From Gracilinanus agilis (Eukaryota), in the NCBI RefSeq assembly GCF_016433145.1, contig NC_058130.1:710237874-710301873 (forward strand): a stretch of DNA of 64,000 bases. Reading direction: 5' to 3'. Positions 60,986-64,000 of the stretch are shown here, in pieces. Position numbers and translations under genes: made by a program. The first letter of the stretch is position 1, and each line of letters opens with the position of its first letter. Under the pieces are notes generated by a model. It had not been told where the DNA came from, searched no databases, and saw only the letters and a program-made list of their open reading frames with translations.

Positions 60986-60986
<1 letters not shown>

Positions 60987-61082
60987 TTTTCCTAAATGAA
61001 TTCAGAGAGGTGGGAAGTCCAGAGAGAAGGGGAACTATCTGTCTATCCTAGGAAGATCAGAAAGGGGAGGGATATCACTTAC

Positions 61083-61269
61083 CAGTAGAACGGAGTCCAC
61101 ACCAACTTGGTGCCCCATCAAACTTGGGCTCCTTGTTGACTTGTTCAGTGCCTAGGCATTTGGAGCTAGCAGCACCACCATCATTTCCAGCCAGCCCTAA
61201 GGTCCCTGGGGTCCCCAGCAGACTCATAGCCCAGGCTAGACCTAGGACCCAAGTCACGCTGCCTCTCAT
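61083..61269 (-). CDS. RTBDN: Retbindin, first coding exon (signal peptide; 187 nt from the ATG)
   Basis: ctcag|GTG GAC ATG (as in the human ...SQ|VDM junction) leads to MRGSVTWVLGLAWAMSLLGTPG...KCLG...WCGLRST G|gtaagt. The full CDS, complement(join(58722..58988,59350..59446,60276..60404,60707..60767,61083..61269)), is 741 nt = 246 aa. Confidence 0.85.
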
Positions 61270-62047
61270 GTCCACCTGAGGATCAAAAACTGAACTGAGT
61301 CACTGCACCAGAGTCTTCCTTCATAGTGCCTTTGGGGATAACAGGCTTATTGTCCTTTCTGGTCTGTCTTGGTCCTTCTCTACTACCCCTCCTCACAGCA
61401 ATATATAGTCTGGGTGGGGGGTCCACCTGGAAGATAAGTTTTTTCAGGGCACCCAGCTTATCCTGCCTAGTGCTGCCTTATCATCCCTAGGATCCTTGAT
61501 TTTCAACACATTTTTAACTCTTTCTCCTTCACCAGGGACCCTGCCTGCCAGTCCCATACCACATGTACCAAACTACTGCCTCCCAGATCTACACTACCAG
61601 CAGGATCCTGTCTTACTGATTTCCAGACTCCTCAGCTCTGCACCTTCATCCAGGTTCTGCTCTAGTCTAAGCACTGGTGACCTTGACAAAAGCCAGGGCC
61701 ATGGTTACCACAACCCTACCCCCCATCCCTCCTTCATTCTGCTAAGGCAAATCGGCTTAGCTGTAGCTGCTCACCCTCAACCCTTCGCACTGTCTGGGCC
61801 ACGTGTGACCACAGAGAGCCCCATCTCTGCATCTAACTAGTTGCCTGGCTCAATTAGGGCTCAGGTAAAAGAGTTTGGGAGAGCAAACTCCAGGAGAACC
61901 CTAATCCCCAGAATCAAAATATTTGCTCCTCCAAAGGAATTCCGGGGCTAACCGAAAGGTTAAATCCCAAAGAGGAGGTCAAGGGAGGGCTCGGACTTGT
62001 CTCTTGCTCCCTCTAAATCCCAAGACCTTGGCCTGGTGGGATTTTAC

Positions 62048-62210
62048 CTGGCTCCAACCTTTCCAGGTAGCACTGTCCAAGGTTTGATGCTCCCTGTTTC
62101 TTCTGCAGTTGAGCTAGTGAGGGCTACTCGACTTAGGCAGAGAGGGAGGGGCGGAGCAGGGAGAAGGAGGGACTGAGTGGAATGGGGCGGGGAGGTCAGG
62201 AAGATGAACG
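62048..62210 (-). promoter_or_regulatory. RTBDN: Candidate RTBDN non-coding exon 1 and promoter
   Basis: Donor ggagccag|gtaaaa at 62048/62047, with GC boxes at ~62148-62205. No in-frame ATG was found upstream of the donor. Confidence 0.4.
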
Positions 62211-64000
62211 AAGCTAGGGTGGGGCAAAAGCCAACTAGGGTCCGCCCCCAAAGCCCAGGAGGCAGGTTTACTGGGTTGGTTTATCGAGGTTTGGTGAAAT
62301 GCACAAAGTGAAGAGTGGCTGAGTTTCAAAATGTGTCTCTATGTAAGCCTGGATGTTTCTCTCTGTCTATCTCTCTGTTTCTTTCTCTCTGTCTCTCTCT
62401 CTAGAAGATAGGATGTGGACCAGACCTGAGTCTTTGTCATTATTAGTGAGGATGGGGGAAGGAAATGGGAGAAGTGTCTCCCAAGTCATCATATATGGAT
62501 GTGTCTGTTTTCTGTAGTGTATTGTGGAGAGGACATAACAGAGTGAGTGTATCTTTTGTATAATAGATATTTGTGGCAGTTTCTACATGTTGTTCTGTGT
62601 TTTAGGGGCTACAGAAGTGTCACAAGAGCCAGGAGCCTGCACTTTCCCCTTCCAATTCTCTTGACTATTCTTTTATCCCCAGGGAGGTGAGGGAGGAGCT
62701 TGAGCCAAGAGCTGAGAGCATTTGAGAGCTCTTAGATGAGGGAGGGATGAAGTAGCAGAAGAATCTTAGAGCACTGGTCTAATAGGATGCTGAGAAACAT
62801 CCTCTGTCCCCTTCACTAAATCAGGAGGAGGACCCAGGTGCCTAGAATGCCTCAGGTTCTGTCAACAGCCCTTGTTACCTCACACCAGCTCCACCCCAGC
62901 CCGATCTTATTTCCTAGGTCTGGGACTAGTGGAACTGCATGAAATCAGCACCGTGGAGAGCGACAAGGAGAGAATTAGAGGGACAGAAACAAATATACAG
63001 AGCAAGAAAGGTAAATACACAGAGAAATACGGAAGGAAGAGTGAAGCAAAAGTGGAATCAGTAGATAAAATGGGAGTCCATTCAGACGGAGAAATACAGA
63101 GGGAAGGATGCAGAGAGAAAGATAGTGAGGCACCTAGCTGCCGGTACTAAAAGATTCAGAGGAATAGAGATAGAAATACGGAGAGTGACACAGACAGACG
63201 GAAGAGACCGAAACAGAAATACTTTCCCCCACAGCCTTCTAGACCCCCAAGATCTGGCCGGCAGGTGGCGTTTGTGCACAAGGTGACCCCAGTCTGACAG
63301 TTCCAGCTTCTGGGGTCAGGAGCTTAGCTTCCCCTAGGGACCTGGCCTTCTGTTGGTCGAATTGAAGACAATTCCTGAGACCAAGTCAACTCCTTCCTTG
63401 GTCCACTCTGTGGCATCCCAGAGATTCCAGTCTTTTCACTATTTCATCTTGTCTTGGCTCTGGTCCTGAGACTCCATTAGCTGAGAACAAAAAGCTGGGG
63501 TCTTTTATAGAAGAGAAATGCAATGAGGAAGGAAGAGAGAAGAGGAGAGAGAGAAGGGTGAGGCTATCCTGTCCAACCCAGAGAAGCCTTTGCCCGCCTT
63601 CACTTGGAACCAAAATATTTCAAAAGGTGGTTGGACTGTAGAAAGAACTTACTATATGAAGACAGAGCACAGAGAAAAGACCCTCCAATATGCACCAGGA
63701 GAAACAACAGAAAAACCACAGGCAAGGGGGTGGATGGACTGACTCCTAGGATGGGCTCCTTCCCTATTTTGGAGGCTTACTCTTTCCTCCATCTCCCCTA
63801 GTTGGATCCTAATCTGACCTATAAATCCTGTCCAGCTCCGCCCAACTTACAGTAATCCCCTGGGAGAAGGGTGGATGTGGGCATCCCTGTGAGGGAGTCT
63901 ATGTCTTTCAAGGGGGGGGGTGTCCTTTTTAGGGGGGTGATGCCACCGAATGGGAAGAGGGGGGAGTTCTTCATAGGAGATCTCCGTGAAAACGTCTTTG

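Noticed and set aside
1-64000. CRISPR arrays, rRNA or prokaryotic systems
   Set aside because: The sequence is mammalian, with spliceosomal introns; no repeat-spacer arrays or rRNA were seen.

Overview
Marsupial genomic DNA, most likely opossum (Monodelphis), judged from SINE1/SINE2_Mdo-like, MAR1-like and L1_Mdo-like repeats. It is syntenic to the human 19p13 block JUNB - PRDX2 - THSD8 - RNASEH2A - RTBDN. By reading splice sites I could build complete, in-frame CDS models for: JUNB (+, intronless, 354 aa); PRDX2 (-, 5 coding exons, 198 aa); THSD8 (+, 2 exons, 107-aa secreted TSP1-domain protein, only partly visible in the ORF track); RNASEH2A (+, 8 exons, 307 aa); and RTBDN (-, 5 coding exons, 246 aa). 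The TE-rich RNASEH2A-RTBDN interval holds an extra gene I do not know from the human locus. It is an intact, intronless, strongly diverged 351-aa retrocopy of V-ATPase subunit d1 (50401-51456) with a compact motif-dense promoter and a probable decayed poly(A) tail; this is the best candidate for an undescribed system. Second, the RTBDN protein looks structurally intermediate between avian riboflavin-binding protein and eutherian retbindin. The window also contains: a TSD-flanked young L1 collapsed across an assembly gap; three solo LTRs with 4-bp TSDs (one nested, two inverted) in RNASEH2A intron 6; hAT and Tigger-like MITEs; and the JUNB promoter and 3' enhancer motifs. All comparisons with human or chicken proteins come from recalled sequences, not database searches. 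Repeat family names and boundaries are approximate.
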